Notes: generated from the letters alone by a model not told the origin. Shown: positions 29,683-39,533, numbered from the stretch's first letter. The stretch: 64,000 nt of DNA from Deltaproteobacteria bacterium (GCA_033763315.1 JANRKS010000001.1:64001-128000), one strand, 5' to 3'. Numbers and translations: made by a program.

Positions 29683-31613
29683 GCGCTGGCTCCGGGCCCA
29701 AAAGCGGCGAGCCAACGCTCAAAGGAAAGTAGCGTCCACAAAGCTTTGCGCCAATCGCGTTGCCCTTGAGAATGTTCCCGTACCAACCGTTGCACAACGG
29801 CGGGGTTGAAAAAACCTTCACGCGTGAGTTTGTCCGGTGCAAGTTCGTCTTGCAGCATGCCTTGCAAGGGGCCCTTCATCCATGCCGCCACCGGCACGCC
29901 GAAGCCCTGCTTCTTGCGGTTGAGGATGTGTGGCGGCAACTTGCCGGCCAGCGCTTGCTTCAATACGAATTTGCTTATGCCTTTACGCGTTCGAAGGTTT
30001 GCAGGCAGCTGGCACGCAAAGCTGACGAGATCTGTGTCCAGAAACGGTGCCCGCACTTCGAGGCCCACGGCGCCCGACGCGCGGTCCACTTTCGTGTTCA
30101 CATCCCCTGGCAAATAAAAGCGCGCGTAGTGATCCATCAATCGATCGCGGGCTGTGCGGGCCAACGTCTCGTGCGCCCGCGCCTGCAGCGGCAAAAATGG
30201 ATCTTCGGGCGCGGCATGAAGCACATCAGGCGTCAGCAAGCCTTCCTGTTCTTCGGGCAAGAACGACGCCATCCAGCGTTGGTGCCGCGGTGGCCCCGCC
30301 ACAGCGCCACCGCGCAAAAACTGGTTCGCTTTGAAGTCGATGCTGAAATAGCCAGTGCGCGCGGGCAAAGCGGCCGCCGCCTTGCGAACAAGGCGCTGAA
30401 AGGGGGCTGGGGTGTGATCAAAGAACAATCGCCCCCAGCGGTCGGCGCCAAACGTGGGGTACCCTTCGAATAGTTCATCGCCGCCGTCACCGCCCAACGC
30501 CACCGCCACATGTTGCCGGGTGAACCGCGACAACAAGAACGTCGGCACGATGGACGCGTCCGCCAAAGGTTCGTCGATAAAGCGTGAGACTTCTGGCAAC
30601 ACGCGCAGCAACGCCGCCGCGTCTAAGATCTCTTCGTGGTGTTGGCAACCAAGATGCGCGGCCACCGCGCGCGCATGTTTTGATTCGTCGTAAGTGCGAT
30701 CGGAAAAGCCGATGGAGAATGTTGCAATGCCGCGGCCGCCACCCAGCAGCGCGTGCATGGCTGCCGCCACGGCCGATGAATCAATGCCGCCCGAAAGGAA
30801 CACGCCCAATGGCACGTCCGCCACCAAACGCCGCTCCACCGCGCGTGTAAGCAGCGCCCACAATGTCTCGGCCGCGGTTTGCACGTGCATGGCGCCCGGC
30901 TGCGCCACAAAGGGCAGATCCCAATAGCGCCACACGCGCGGCCTTACGTCGCTCGTGGGCGAAACGTCAACGCTCAAGCATTGCGCGGCGTCGAGTTTGC
31001 GCGCGCCGGTCACAATCGTCAGGGGTGGTGGCACATACTCGAAGGCAAGATATTGTCGAAGCGCTTGCGGGCACACGCTGCGGTCAAGCGAGGGCACCAA
31101 CAGCAACGCTTTGAGTTCCGAAGCAAAGGCCAACAAGGGCGGCGCCCCGTGGCGGGGTATCACCGCATAATACAGCGGCTTTTTGCCCATACGATCGCGC
31201 GCGGCAAACACGCTTTGGCTGCGTGCGTCCCACACCACGAACGCAAACATGCCGTCGATGCGATCGACCACTTTGTGGCCCCATTGCAGATAGGCGTGCA
31301 GCAGCACCTCGGTGTCTGAGCGCGACACGAAGGTGTGCCCAAGCCCCTGCAACTCCACGCGCAGATCCATGAAGTTGTAGATCTCGCCGTTGAACACAAT
31401 GTGCACGTTGTGTTCAGCGTTGGCCATAGGCTGTGCACCACCGGACGACAGATCAATGATCGTCAGCCGCCGGTGCCCAAGGCCCACGCCACCTTCGCGC
31501 CACAGCCCTTCGCCGTCAGGACCGCGGGGCGCCACCGCACGCGTCATGCGCTGTAAGAGCTGGGCATCAATGGGCGCGCCGGTTGGATCAACCAGCCCGG
31601 CGAAACCGCACAC
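29679..31613 (-). CDS. asnB: Asparagine synthase (glutamine-hydrolysing) family amidotransferase
   Basis: N-terminal CG, RGPD, HRRL.IID, NGEIYN, LSGGIDS, GDGGDELF, LEVRAPFLD, KQGF. Confidence 0.93.
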   Translation of the reverse strand: MCGFAGLVDPTGAPIDAQLLQRMTRAVAPRGPDGEGLWREGGVGLGHRRLTIIDLSSGGAQPMANAEHNVHIVFNGEIYNFMDLRVELQGLGHTFVSRSDTEVLLHAYLQWGHKVVDRIDGMFAFVVWDARSQSVFAARDRMGKKPLYYAVIPRHGAPPLLAFASELKALLLVPSLDRSVCPQALRQYLAFEYVPPPLTIVTGARKLDAAQCLSVDVSPTSDVRPRVWRYWDLPFVAQPGAMHVQTAAETLWALLTRAVERRLVADVPLGVFLSGGIDSSAVAAAMHALLGGGRGIATFSIGFSDRTYDESKHARAVAAHLGCQHHEEILDAAALLRVLPEVSRFIDEPLADASIVPTFLLSRFTRQHVAVALGGDGGDELFEGYPTFGADRWGRLFFDHTPAPFQRLVRKAAAALPARTGYFSIDFKANQFLRGGAVAGPPRHQRWMASFLPEEQEGLLTPDVLHAAPEDPFLPLQARAHETLARTARDRLMDHYARFYLPGDVNTKVDRASGAVGLEVRAPFLDTDLVSFACQLPANLRTRKGISKFVLKQALAGKLPPHILNRKKQGFGVPVAAWMKGPLQGMLQDELAPDKLTREGFFNPAVVQRLVREHSQGQRDWRKALWTLLSFERWLAAFGPGASA

Positions 31614-31622
31614 GGGGCCCCC

Positions 31623-32915
31623 CTAGTTATCGATGGCCGGAGGGTTGAGCACCACGGGTGGTGGCTCATTGGCTACGACGTAATGGAAGCGCTCTTTGAA
31701 GTCTTCCACCGTCATGTTTGAGATCTTCGCGTATTTCTCAAGCTCGATGAAATGATCGAAGTCATCACGCCGCAATCGAATTTGATAGCGTCGCGAAATG
31801 CCGTAGCGGGTGGAATGAATATCCACCATGCGCACGCGCGTTTTGCCCGTGACAGGATCCAACATGCGCGCAAAAGGAATGGGAACGAAATGCCCGCCTT
31901 GCAATGAAACCATTGCGGCATTGCCGCCTTCGAACAAATACTTGGCCGCGCAATATCCCAAATCACGCGTGTACTCGATATCCGCGGGAATGGGATCGGC
32001 GCAACGCAATTCATAGCCAATGTCTTTTGAGACAATCGTGATCTTGATGCCCAGGCGCTTGAGGCGCTCTTCCACCAATTGCTTTACGCCACGGCCGAGA
32101 TCTAATTCAGAGAAACGAATGTGGTCGTGCTCGTCACGCACCAATGTGCCCAAACGCGAAAGCTCGGATTCAGGAATGCTTTCGGCCAAGCCTTCCGCCA
32201 GCACGGCGACGCCATCGCGCCGACCTTGAGCCAAGCGTTTGATAACAGCGCCTGCCAAAATGTCGACCACATGATCCAGGCTGGTTTTGCCATTGGGAAA
32301 TTCCTCTGGGATCACAGTCAATGTGGCGCCGGCCGCTTTGCCAATGCCCAACGCCAAGTGACCTGCTTTGCGTCCCATCGCCACCACGAAATACCAACGC
32401 GAGGTGGTCTTCGCGTCCACCATCAAATTCTTCACCACTTCAACGCCCACATGGCGCGCTGTTTGATAACCAAACGTATCAATGTCGGCGGGCAAATCGA
32501 GGTCATTGTCGATGGTCTTCGGCACGTGCACCACGCGCACCGAACCATTGGCTTTCTCCGCCACCTTCATTGCTGAAAAGGCGGTGTCGTCGCCACCAAT
32601 TGTGATGAGTTGGCTCACGCCCAACTTTTCAAGGCTGGCCACCACGTTTGCGAGGTTCTCGTCCTTTTTGGTGGGGTTGGCGCGCGACGTGCCAAGGTAG
32701 CTGCCACCTGAAAAGTGAATGCGGCTCACCTCTTCGATGCTCAAAGGCCGCACGCGATCGACCTTGCCTTGCATGATCTCCGAGAAGCCGTCCCGGATGC
32801 CCAGCACTTCAACGCCTTGGAGCAGGGCGCGGATGGTGGCAGCGCTGATCACGCTGTTGATGCCAGGAGCGGGACCGCCCCCAACCAGGATTGCAAGTTT
32901 CTCGGACTTTGGCAC
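31623..32915 (-). CDS. pfp: Pyrophosphate-dependent 6-phosphofructokinase
   Basis: GGGPAPG, GGDDT (PPi type), PKTIDNDL, MGR, GYELRC. AAGGAG SD lies before GTG 32915. Confidence 0.9.
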   Translation of the reverse strand: MPKSEKLAILVGGGPAPGINSVISAATIRALLQGVEVLGIRDGFSEIMQGKVDRVRPLSIEEVSRIHFSGGSYLGTSRANPTKKDENLANVVASLEKLGVSQLITIGGDDTAFSAMKVAEKANGSVRVVHVPKTIDNDLDLPADIDTFGYQTARHVGVEVVKNLMVDAKTTSRWYFVVAMGRKAGHLALGIGKAAGATLTVIPEEFPNGKTSLDHVVDILAGAVIKRLAQGRRDGVAVLAEGLAESIPESELSRLGTLVRDEHDHIRFSELDLGRGVKQLVEERLKRLGIKITIVSKDIGYELRCADPIPADIEYTRDLGYCAAKYLFEGGNAAMVSLQGGHFVPIPFARMLDPVTGKTRVRMVDIHSTRYGISRRYQIRLRRDDFDHFIELEKYAKISNMTVEDFKERFHYVVANEPPPVVLNPPAIDN

Positions 32916-33016
32916 GTGGTGGGTCTCCTTGACGTTGCGGTTTGCTGGCGCCTTTGCGACCTCTGCTGCAACCGTTTCGACGTTACCATAGCGCCTGCGC
33001 AAACGGCAGGTGGGCT

Positions 33017-33658
33017 TTAGAAGCGCGTGCTGTCACGGCCTTCGAGCGGCGGGGGCGGCAGGATCCGCGGCTTGCTGACCGGTTTCGGGGCAGGCTGCGC
33101 GGGCCGGTTGTTGTCGATCAGGCGTTGGATCTTCTGCTTCACGTCGCGATCCTTCTCGCGGCGGTTGTGCTTCTCCAGCATTTCGATGCCCTCGGGGTTC
33201 TTCGACAACGCCAACGCCACGGCGGCATCCAGGCGCACGGCGGCGCTGTCATGTTCAAGCCAGGGGCCCGCGTTGGCCAGGATCCGACCATCGTGCAACC
33301 ACCCCAGCCCCAACAACGCCCGCCGAACCATGGCCAGTTCCACCTCGTTCTGTGTCGGTTTCACAATGCGCACCAATTGATCGCGCGCCACAACGGAGCC
33401 TGAGGCGGCCAAAGCGTCGATGGCACGCCCCCGCAAGGCTGCGGAAGCCTGTGCATCGCGAACGATGTCGATGAGCACGAGGTCGGCGTCCTTACCCATG
33501 GCCTGCACGTCGGCAGGGGCGATCGGGCGGCCCTCCTTGGTCAACGCGGCCTCCACGCCAGCGCGGGTGGCCGGCGCCGTGGGGGCCTTTTTCGTCTGTG
33601 CCCAAGCCACGCTGCTGCCCAGAAGAACCACGCCAATTGCCGCCAAAATCAGTCTCAT
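33017..33658 (-). CDS. Exported HEAT-repeat protein
   Basis: Signal peptide ending AWA, HEAT-like units (LRGRAIDALA, VRLDAAVAL, EKDRDVK) and a Pro-rich tail. Confidence 0.75.
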   Translation of the reverse strand: MRLILAAIGVVLLGSSVAWAQTKKAPTAPATRAGVEAALTKEGRPIAPADVQAMGKDADLVLIDIVRDAQASAALRGRAIDALAASGSVVARDQLVRIVKPTQNEVELAMVRRALLGLGWLHDGRILANAGPWLEHDSAAVRLDAAVALALSKNPEGIEMLEKHNRREKDRDVKQKIQRLIDNNRPAQPAPKPVSKPRILPPPPLEGRDSTRF

Positions 33659-33732
33659 GCTGGGGCGCAGTGTACCCCGCCGTCCCCTCAAGGGGCGCGT
33701 TCAGTTCAACGATTCCCGGCTCGCCTTCCGCC

Positions 33733-33842
33733 TGTGACTTTGCTGAAGTCATATATGACTCCCGTTCCAAGTCATATGACTCCCTATGACTCGCGCTTCC
33801 TTCCGGGTAGTCACATGGCCGCTGTAGATGACGTAAGTCACT
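33733..33842. promoter_or_regulatory. Array of TGACT/AGTCA sites and palindromes in a divergent intergenic region
   Basis: Perfect palindromes AGTCATATATGACT (33747-33760) and AGTCATATGACT (33770-33781). TGACT at 33735, 33756, 33777 and 33787. Confidence 0.55.
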
Positions 33843-34001
33843 GAATACATTGGCGCTCGTCCGTTACGCCCGCGGTCGCCACATGTGGCACCCCCGTTGC
33901 AGCGCTTTAGGTCGCCTGGGCGAAACCCCCTTTTTGCCACGGCAACCAGGGCAGCGTCACGGGAACATTGATTGTGGATCCCAGGGCGCTGTCTTGGAGG
34001 C

Positions 34002-34049
34002 AAATGACCGGAAGCTGAATCCCCAACCAGCTTCCGGTTATTTCTTTTT
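34002..34049 (+). terminator. Intrinsic terminator-like hairpin upstream of the 34122 gene
   Basis: ACCGGAAGCTG-N10-CAGCTTCCGGT (11-bp perfect stem) followed by TATTTCTTTTT. Confidence 0.65.
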
Positions 34050-34121
34050 CGAACGGCTTGGCGCACACCCACAAGTTTCCGCGCTTATCTGCCGAGTTCC
34101 TGGTGCGGAGAACCGACAGGT

Positions 34122-36437
34122 ATGCGCACCACTTCTAAAGTTAGCCTGATCTTGGGGTTGTTCACTCTCGTGGCAAGCTGCGATGCCGGCGGGCCAGAAG
34201 AATCAGGACCAGGATTCGGCTTTGGCGACGCGGGTGACAGCGGGCGCATCGTCATTGACCCGGACGGCGGCGGTCGCGAGGCGGCGGCGACGGACGGCCC
34301 GAGCATGGTTGAGGGCATCGATGTGGAGGTGGCCGTCACCAAACCGGGCAAGGACGCCATCGTGACGTACACCGATAGCTTCAAGCCCGAGGTGGTGGTG
34401 GACGTTATGGCGGATACCGATGCGCTGCTGATGGGCTTTTCCATCACGGACGTGAAAGCTGAGATCTTGGTGCCGGACGATATGACGACGCCGGTGTCGA
34501 CGAAGCTAAGCCAGGTGAACCTTCAGCGGGGCCCTGAAGGCATGCGGAAGCTCACTTACACGTTCGGCAATACGTTGGTGGGCACGTCTGGCATTCCCAG
34601 CGGCAACCTTCAGCTCAAAATTACCGTCACCACCAACAACACGACGCACACGGCGATGCTTCCGTTTCGGTTCGATGGCGGGCCGACCATTAAGTTCATC
34701 GTTCCGTCCACACCCGACACGTCCTTCAAAGATTCGGCGCCCATCAAGTTCAGCGTCAGCGATTCCGTGTTTCCGCCCGTCAGTGACGTGAAGCTGTTTT
34801 TGGGCGATGCGGAGCAGGAGTTGCAAACGCCCGATGGTGTGTATGCCGCGACGATCGACTTTAAATCTTTTGTGCCACGGCTCAGTGGCCGGCAGCTGGT
34901 GACCGTACGTGCGAAAAACGGCAATGGCACTTCGTCGGTCGTGTCGCTTGCGTTCATCGCCGATGATCAGGGGCCTGTGTTCACGAAACTCACACCACAG
35001 AACGGGCAACTGATCGGCGGCATCATTGAGATCGTGGCGGAGCTCGACGATCCGGCAGGCGTGGATCCCGCTTCCGTGGTGGCCGTGATCGGCAATGGCG
35101 ATGACAAATTCGAGGTTCGGCTCACGCCTCCCGCGGTGGGCATGTCGCCGGCCAAGTTTACAAAGGCTTTCGACACGCGCTTGCTTCCCACCAACGCGAT
35201 CTATCCAAGCCTTTCGATGCGCGCGTCGGACAAACTCGGCAACGAAAGCACCATTGGTTACAACCTTTCGCTCGACAACATGCCGCCTCTGCTCGATCTC
35301 GATCCACCCGATGATTTTCGCTTCCTCACGCTTGAAAATGGCTTCTATAAATGTTCGTGGCCGCTTGATCCTGTGGGCCCCGATGCGGTGGACGATGGGC
35401 AATACGTCAACCAAGCCTTCGACGTGCGCGTGCGCGCTGAAGATCAAGGCAATGAGGTCAAAGCCGGCACGATCGATTTCGTGCCGTTGGCAGGTTTGAA
35501 GGCCGTGCAATTGGTGGCGCTTGACGACACCTCAAGAGCGCTGGTGGTGGATACAGACGGCGACAAAATTTGTGACGCCGTTAATCCACTGCTCGTGCCA
35601 ACGACAAGGCCGATGGCTTCCAATCAAATCTTGCTGCTGGACATGGATTCGCTGGCAAGGGCGGGTGTGCCAGATAAAAACCCAGAGCTCCCCGCACCCG
35701 GCTCTTGCACCACCAATGACGGCACGTACGCGGCAACGTCGGCTGTTTGCGATAACCCTGGCGTCACGTTCAACGCTTCCAAAGGCCGCTACGGCATTTA
35801 CCCGATACCAGGAAACCCGCCGCTGGTGACTCTGCACTCCGCTTATATGACAAACTTCACAACGTATGCGCAGGACAACTGGCCAGCGATCTGGACGTTG
35901 GGTCCCATTCGTCCGGGCCTAGAATGTGCGGGTCGGCAGCTTGAATCCGTGGGAACCAACCTCAGCGACGGGTGGGTGTGTTTGGCGGCCCTGGGCGAAG
36001 ACAACTTGGGCCGCAAGCAGGTCAGCCGCCCGATTCGCGTCTGCATCGACGCTGACGCCAGCGGCGGCGATTGTCCTCACATCAGCATTGTGGCGGTCTC
36101 ATCAGGCTCGCCAATGGCCGTGACCACCGCAAAGAACCACGGCTTCGTCACGGGCGATGAAGTGTTTGTGCAGGGGGTGGAATGTCAGACGGGCGCCAAC
36201 GGCAAACGCAAGATCACGGTGACGGGGCCAACCACGTTCACGCTTAACGGCGTGGCTGGCATAAGCGAGCTCGGTTGCACTGACAGCAAGGGCTTGGTCG
36301 TTGCCACGAAGCTCTTGCCCGATTGCACCGGCAAACAAACGGCGCCGATACCCAATCCGACAGTGGACAACACAGTCAAATGCGACCCATGGCGCACCTA
36401 CAAGTATCCAACTCCAGAGTTCCGCATCTACAAGTAG
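34122..36437 (+). CDS. Large Cys-rich surface lipoprotein with Ig-like domains
   Basis: Lipobox LVASC, beta-rich repeats ending D..GP/P, many Cys, and a C-terminal VTT...HGFVTGDEV..G module. Confidence 0.75.
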   Translation: MRTTSKVSLILGLFTLVASCDAGGPEESGPGFGFGDAGDSGRIVIDPDGGGREAAATDGPSMVEGIDVEVAVTKPGKDAIVTYTDSFKPEVVVDVMADTDALLMGFSITDVKAEILVPDDMTTPVSTKLSQVNLQRGPEGMRKLTYTFGNTLVGTSGIPSGNLQLKITVTTNNTTHTAMLPFRFDGGPTIKFIVPSTPDTSFKDSAPIKFSVSDSVFPPVSDVKLFLGDAEQELQTPDGVYAATIDFKSFVPRLSGRQLVTVRAKNGNGTSSVVSLAFIADDQGPVFTKLTPQNGQLIGGIIEIVAELDDPAGVDPASVVAVIGNGDDKFEVRLTPPAVGMSPAKFTKAFDTRLLPTNAIYPSLSMRASDKLGNESTIGYNLSLDNMPPLLDLDPPDDFRFLTLENGFYKCSWPLDPVGPDAVDDGQYVNQAFDVRVRAEDQGNEVKAGTIDFVPLAGLKAVQLVALDDTSRALVVDTDGDKICDAVNPLLVPTTRPMASNQILLLDMDSLARAGVPDKNPELPAPGSCTTNDGTYAATSAVCDNPGVTFNASKGRYGIYPIPGNPPLVTLHSAYMTNFTTYAQDNWPAIWTLGPIRPGLECAGRQLESVGTNLSDGWVCLAALGEDNLGRKQVSRPIRVCIDADASGGDCPHISIVAVSSGSPMAVTTAKNHGFVTGDEVFVQGVECQTGANGKRKITVTGPTTFTLNGVAGISELGCTDSKGLVVATKLLPDCTGKQTAPIPNPTVDNTVKCDPWRTYKYPTPEFRIYK

Positions 36438-36488
36438 CCTTCTGTCGCCGTATTTGACCCTCGCTCTGACGCGAGCGAGGATCGCGCC

Positions 36489-38927
36489 GTGCAAGACAAT
36501 TCTTCGCAGGGCGCTGCAGCCGCATCCCTTGCTCAGCGCCTCGTCCGTTCGCCGTTGGCTTGGTTGTGCGTGCTGGTGGCGGCGGCCTACGCCCCTATCT
36601 TCTGGGGTCAGATCATTTTCTTCCGTGATCCCGCGCATTGGAACTTTCCAGCGCGAGCCTTCGTTCGTCATGCCTTTCTAAGCGGACAATTTCCGCACTG
36701 GAACCCGTACGTGGGCCTCGGCGTGCCCGTGTGGGCCAACCCGCTTTACGGGATGTTCTATCCACCCAATTGGCTGTTGCTCTTGGTGCCCGAGCGCCTC
36801 GTTGCATCGGCTTTGACGTGGCAAAGCGCCGCGCACACGCTGTGGGGTGGCGCCGGCATGTTCGTCCTGGCGAAGCAATTTCGCTGCGGATCTGTCGCGT
36901 GCCTCATCGGCGGCATCGCGTGGGCGTTCTCGGGCTACACAACTTCAATGTGGTCGGCCGGCCTGCTGCTCATCGCCGACGCTTGGCTGCCTTGGGTGGC
37001 GGTGGGTTTCATCGCTGCGGCCACAAGCTATCGGCGCGGCGAAGGTGCCGTGCACGCCATCCCCAAAGCCACGTTGCCGCTCGCCTTGGCACTTTTGTGC
37101 GGTGAAGTTTTTGTTGCGATGATCAGCGCGGGCTTTGGCGCCTTAACTTTGTGGGCGTGGGCCTTGGGTGGCCACGCGCGGGACATTGCAAATGAACAAC
37201 GGGCCTTGGCCGCAGGGCAACAAAAGCCGTGGCTACGTTTCGCTGCGGTGTTGGCCTCGGCCGTCACGCTTGCGTTTCTGATCGGCACGATCGTTATCGC
37301 GCCCGCGCGGGCCTTGGTTGTGGGTACCCCTCGTGCCGCCGGATTACCTTTGTCAGAGGCTGAACAATATTCGTTTCATCCCATTCGCTTGTTGGAATTG
37401 GCTGCGCCTGAAGCCTTGGGCGTGCCATTGATGGATTACCCCGCCGCCAAATATGCCGGCGAAAAGGCGATTGATGATGCGCCCCTGGCCTTCAGCAGCT
37501 ACTTGGGCGCGGCCGTGATCGGTCTCGCGTTGTTGGCGTTCGGCCGCAACCGACGCAGCGCTTGGATGCTGCTCGGATATTGGTGCTTCTTTTTGCTGAT
37601 CTGCTTTGGTCGCTACACGCCCATTCATGCGGTTTGGCGGCAGCTGGTTTTGCCATTTCAGTACATGCGGTATCCCGAAAAGTACTTCGTGCTTTTGGTC
37701 GGGTGGACAGCGCTGTTGGGATCAATGGGTTTTGACCGCCTGATCAAAGATAGGTCGCTTAAGCCCTGGCGCGTGCTGACGCTCATCGTTTCGTTGGTGG
37801 CTGTTCTTCTTCTCGTGGGAGTGTTTGCCGACTTCCAGCTTGCGCGCTACGTCCGCGGTGGGGCCGCACGCGGGCTGTTTGCCGCCGTTGGATTGCTTTG
37901 CATGTTTTGGTTTCGCAAACGCCAGTCCAGCTTGTTGCTGCCTTTGGCGGTTGCCGTTGTCACGTTGGACCTCGTGACGACCCTTTGGCATTTGCAGCCG
38001 TTCACTGATGCCTCGGTCGCACAGCGCATGCCGCCCGTGGCGAAGGCCATTTTGGATCGCACAGAAAACAAGGGTCTGCCTCCCCGGCTATACCGCAGCC
38101 GCAAAGCCACCGACAACGTTTCGAGTTTCCTAAAGCTCGATGGCTTCGCCGACACCGAGGCACTGTGGATGCTGACGTTGTCGCCGAACCTCGGTAGCGT
38201 GTTTGGCATCGCCACAGTTCCTGGATATGACGCCGCCACGTTTGGCACCTTGAACCGGTTTTGGGAAGAGGGCCTTGAGTTTCGTGCCACGCTCTTGCGC
38301 CTGTTGGCCGTTGAATACGCCTTGTTGCCCGTCAAGGATCCCGCGACGCTCGACAAGCGAGGCGCCGCCTATGAAGCCATCATGGACCCCGTGCCCGGCA
38401 CCCGTCTTTACCGCGTGAAGAACCCGCTTCCGCGCGCGTTTTTAACCGCAAACACGCTGGTGCTGAACGATGACGACGCTCTATTGCGGCTCTTCACACC
38501 GGAGGTGGCAGACGGAAAGATCGCTTTGGTGGCCGAAGGGCAAGGCGAAAAACCCATGTCGGGAAGCACCGAACCGCTGGGCGTGTGTACGAGCCGCGCG
38601 CAAGGCACGAACCGCCTGGTTGCCACGTGCACAACCGCGCGTGATGGCCTTGCCGTGTTTGCTGAGCAGTTTGCCCCGCAGTGGAAGGCCACCGTCGATG
38701 GAGCGCCCGCCAAGTTGCTGCGTGTGAACCAGGTTATGCGCGGCGTGCACATAACCGCTGGAAAGCACGAGGTGGTCATGACCTACGAGTTGCCGCAGGT
38801 CACCTCAGCAGCGTGGGTGTCGATGCTTGCAGCCATCGTATGCGTGCTGCTCATCGCCTTGAACCTGCGTTCGAAAAGAAGAAAGGGGCCTGTGATGGCC
38901 CCTCTCTCAGATGTCCACGTCAGCTGA
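36489..38927 (+). CDS. YfhO-family GT-C glycosyltransferase
   Basis: TM1 then FRD, P.WNPY.G.G.P, YPPN, about 12 TMs, RYPEK, LPRA and WKATVDG...VMRGV..AGKHEV. Confidence 0.88.
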   Translation: MQDNSSQGAAAASLAQRLVRSPLAWLCVLVAAAYAPIFWGQIIFFRDPAHWNFPARAFVRHAFLSGQFPHWNPYVGLGVPVWANPLYGMFYPPNWLLLLVPERLVASALTWQSAAHTLWGGAGMFVLAKQFRCGSVACLIGGIAWAFSGYTTSMWSAGLLLIADAWLPWVAVGFIAAATSYRRGEGAVHAIPKATLPLALALLCGEVFVAMISAGFGALTLWAWALGGHARDIANEQRALAAGQQKPWLRFAAVLASAVTLAFLIGTIVIAPARALVVGTPRAAGLPLSEAEQYSFHPIRLLELAAPEALGVPLMDYPAAKYAGEKAIDDAPLAFSSYLGAAVIGLALLAFGRNRRSAWMLLGYWCFFLLICFGRYTPIHAVWRQLVLPFQYMRYPEKYFVLLVGWTALLGSMGFDRLIKDRSLKPWRVLTLIVSLVAVLLLVGVFADFQLARYVRGGAARGLFAAVGLLCMFWFRKRQSSLLLPLAVAVVTLDLVTTLWHLQPFTDASVAQRMPPVAKAILDRTENKGLPPRLYRSRKATDNVSSFLKLDGFADTEALWMLTLSPNLGSVFGIATVPGYDAATFGTLNRFWEEGLEFRATLLRLLAVEYALLPVKDPATLDKRGAAYEAIMDPVPGTRLYRVKNPLPRAFLTANTLVLNDDDALLRLFTPEVADGKIALVAEGQGEKPMSGSTEPLGVCTSRAQGTNRLVATCTTARDGLAVFAEQFAPQWKATVDGAPAKLLRVNQVMRGVHITAGKHEVVMTYELPQVTSAAWVSMLAAIVCVLLIALNLRSKRRKGPVMAPLSDVHVS
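38873..38907 (-). terminator. pilA terminator embedded in the 3' end of the convergent YfhO gene
   Basis: Minus strand reads AGAGAGGGGCC-ATCACA-GGCCCCTTTCT then TCTTTT, about 20 nt past the pilin stop. Confidence 0.7.
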
Positions 38928-39476
38928 TTATTCGGTTTCTTGACCGATGACCGTGTTGAACGAGAACGCGTTGCCCGAGGCGGAGTCCACGCGGCCGATG
39001 CGGCGGAACTGAGCCAACGTGCCATCGCAATCAAGGTCGCCTTCGGCTTCTGCGGTGAACGTTGAGCTCGTGTTGGCGCCGGCGCCGCTGTAAAGCGGAC
39101 GATAGTAGTGACCGTCTGCCAAGCTGAAGTTCAAAGCGGCCCAGCTGTTGTCCGTGTTGTAGATGGCAGCAGCGCCAGGGCACTTCATACCGGTTTGGGT
39201 GCAGCACTTCGCGGCTTCAGGCGTGGCGCTGGCGGGGAACTGCTTGATCAAGATTGCGCCCGTGGCCGTGTCGTTGTGGTCGGCTTCGTAGTAAGCCACA
39301 GAGCCCTGCCAAAGCTTGTTCAGAGTTTGCGTCGCTTCAGCCGTGCGGCTCTTCTTGATGTACTTGCTGAACGCTGGGATGGCGACAGCGGCCAAGATGC
39401 CGATGATGGCAACGACGATCATCAACTCAACCAGTGTGAAACCGCTGTTCTTATTGCGCCCTTTGATCATTTTCAT
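38928..39476 (-). CDS. pilA: Type IVa major pilin
   Basis: Basic leader, G|[23 protein letters not shown]-terminal GDLDCDG and SD AAGGGGAG. Has its own sigma54-type promoter and terminator. Confidence 0.9.
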   Translation of the reverse strand: MKMIKGRNKNSGFTLVELMIVVAIIGILAAVAIPAFSKYIKKSRTAEATQTLNKLWQGSVAYYEADHNDTATGAILIKQFPASATPEAAKCCTQTGMKCPGAAAIYNTDNSWAALNFSLADGHYYRPLYSGAGANTSSTFTAEAEGDLDCDGTLAQFRRIGRVDSASGNAFSFNTVIGQETE

Positions 39477-39533
39477 TCTCCCCTTGTGTGTTTCGATCCG
39501 AGGACGCCTCGTAGGCCCTCGTGTGATTACCTC

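Noticed and set aside
28672-31613. asnB plus a PqqD-like domain as a lasso peptide cluster
   Set aside because: This AsnB has an intact N-terminal Cys glutaminase domain. No precursor or B2 protease was seen, and the RRE-like domain is about 27 kb away on a membrane-fusion protein.
33905-33965. Possible c-di-GMP-I riboswitch (GGGCGAAACC...)
   Set aside because: The GAAA tetraloop-receptor and GCAAA/P3 elements could not be matched. It is kept only as an unassigned leader.
34506-35510. 334-aa minus-strand ORF
   Set aside because: It is antisense to the lipoprotein gene and has no recognisable domain.
38928-39476. PilA as a conductive e-pilin
   Set aside because: F1, F24, Y27, Y50 and Y51 are present, but positions 32 and 57 are not aromatic. 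The pattern is common in deltaproteobacterial pilins and no multiheme cytochromes are nearby.
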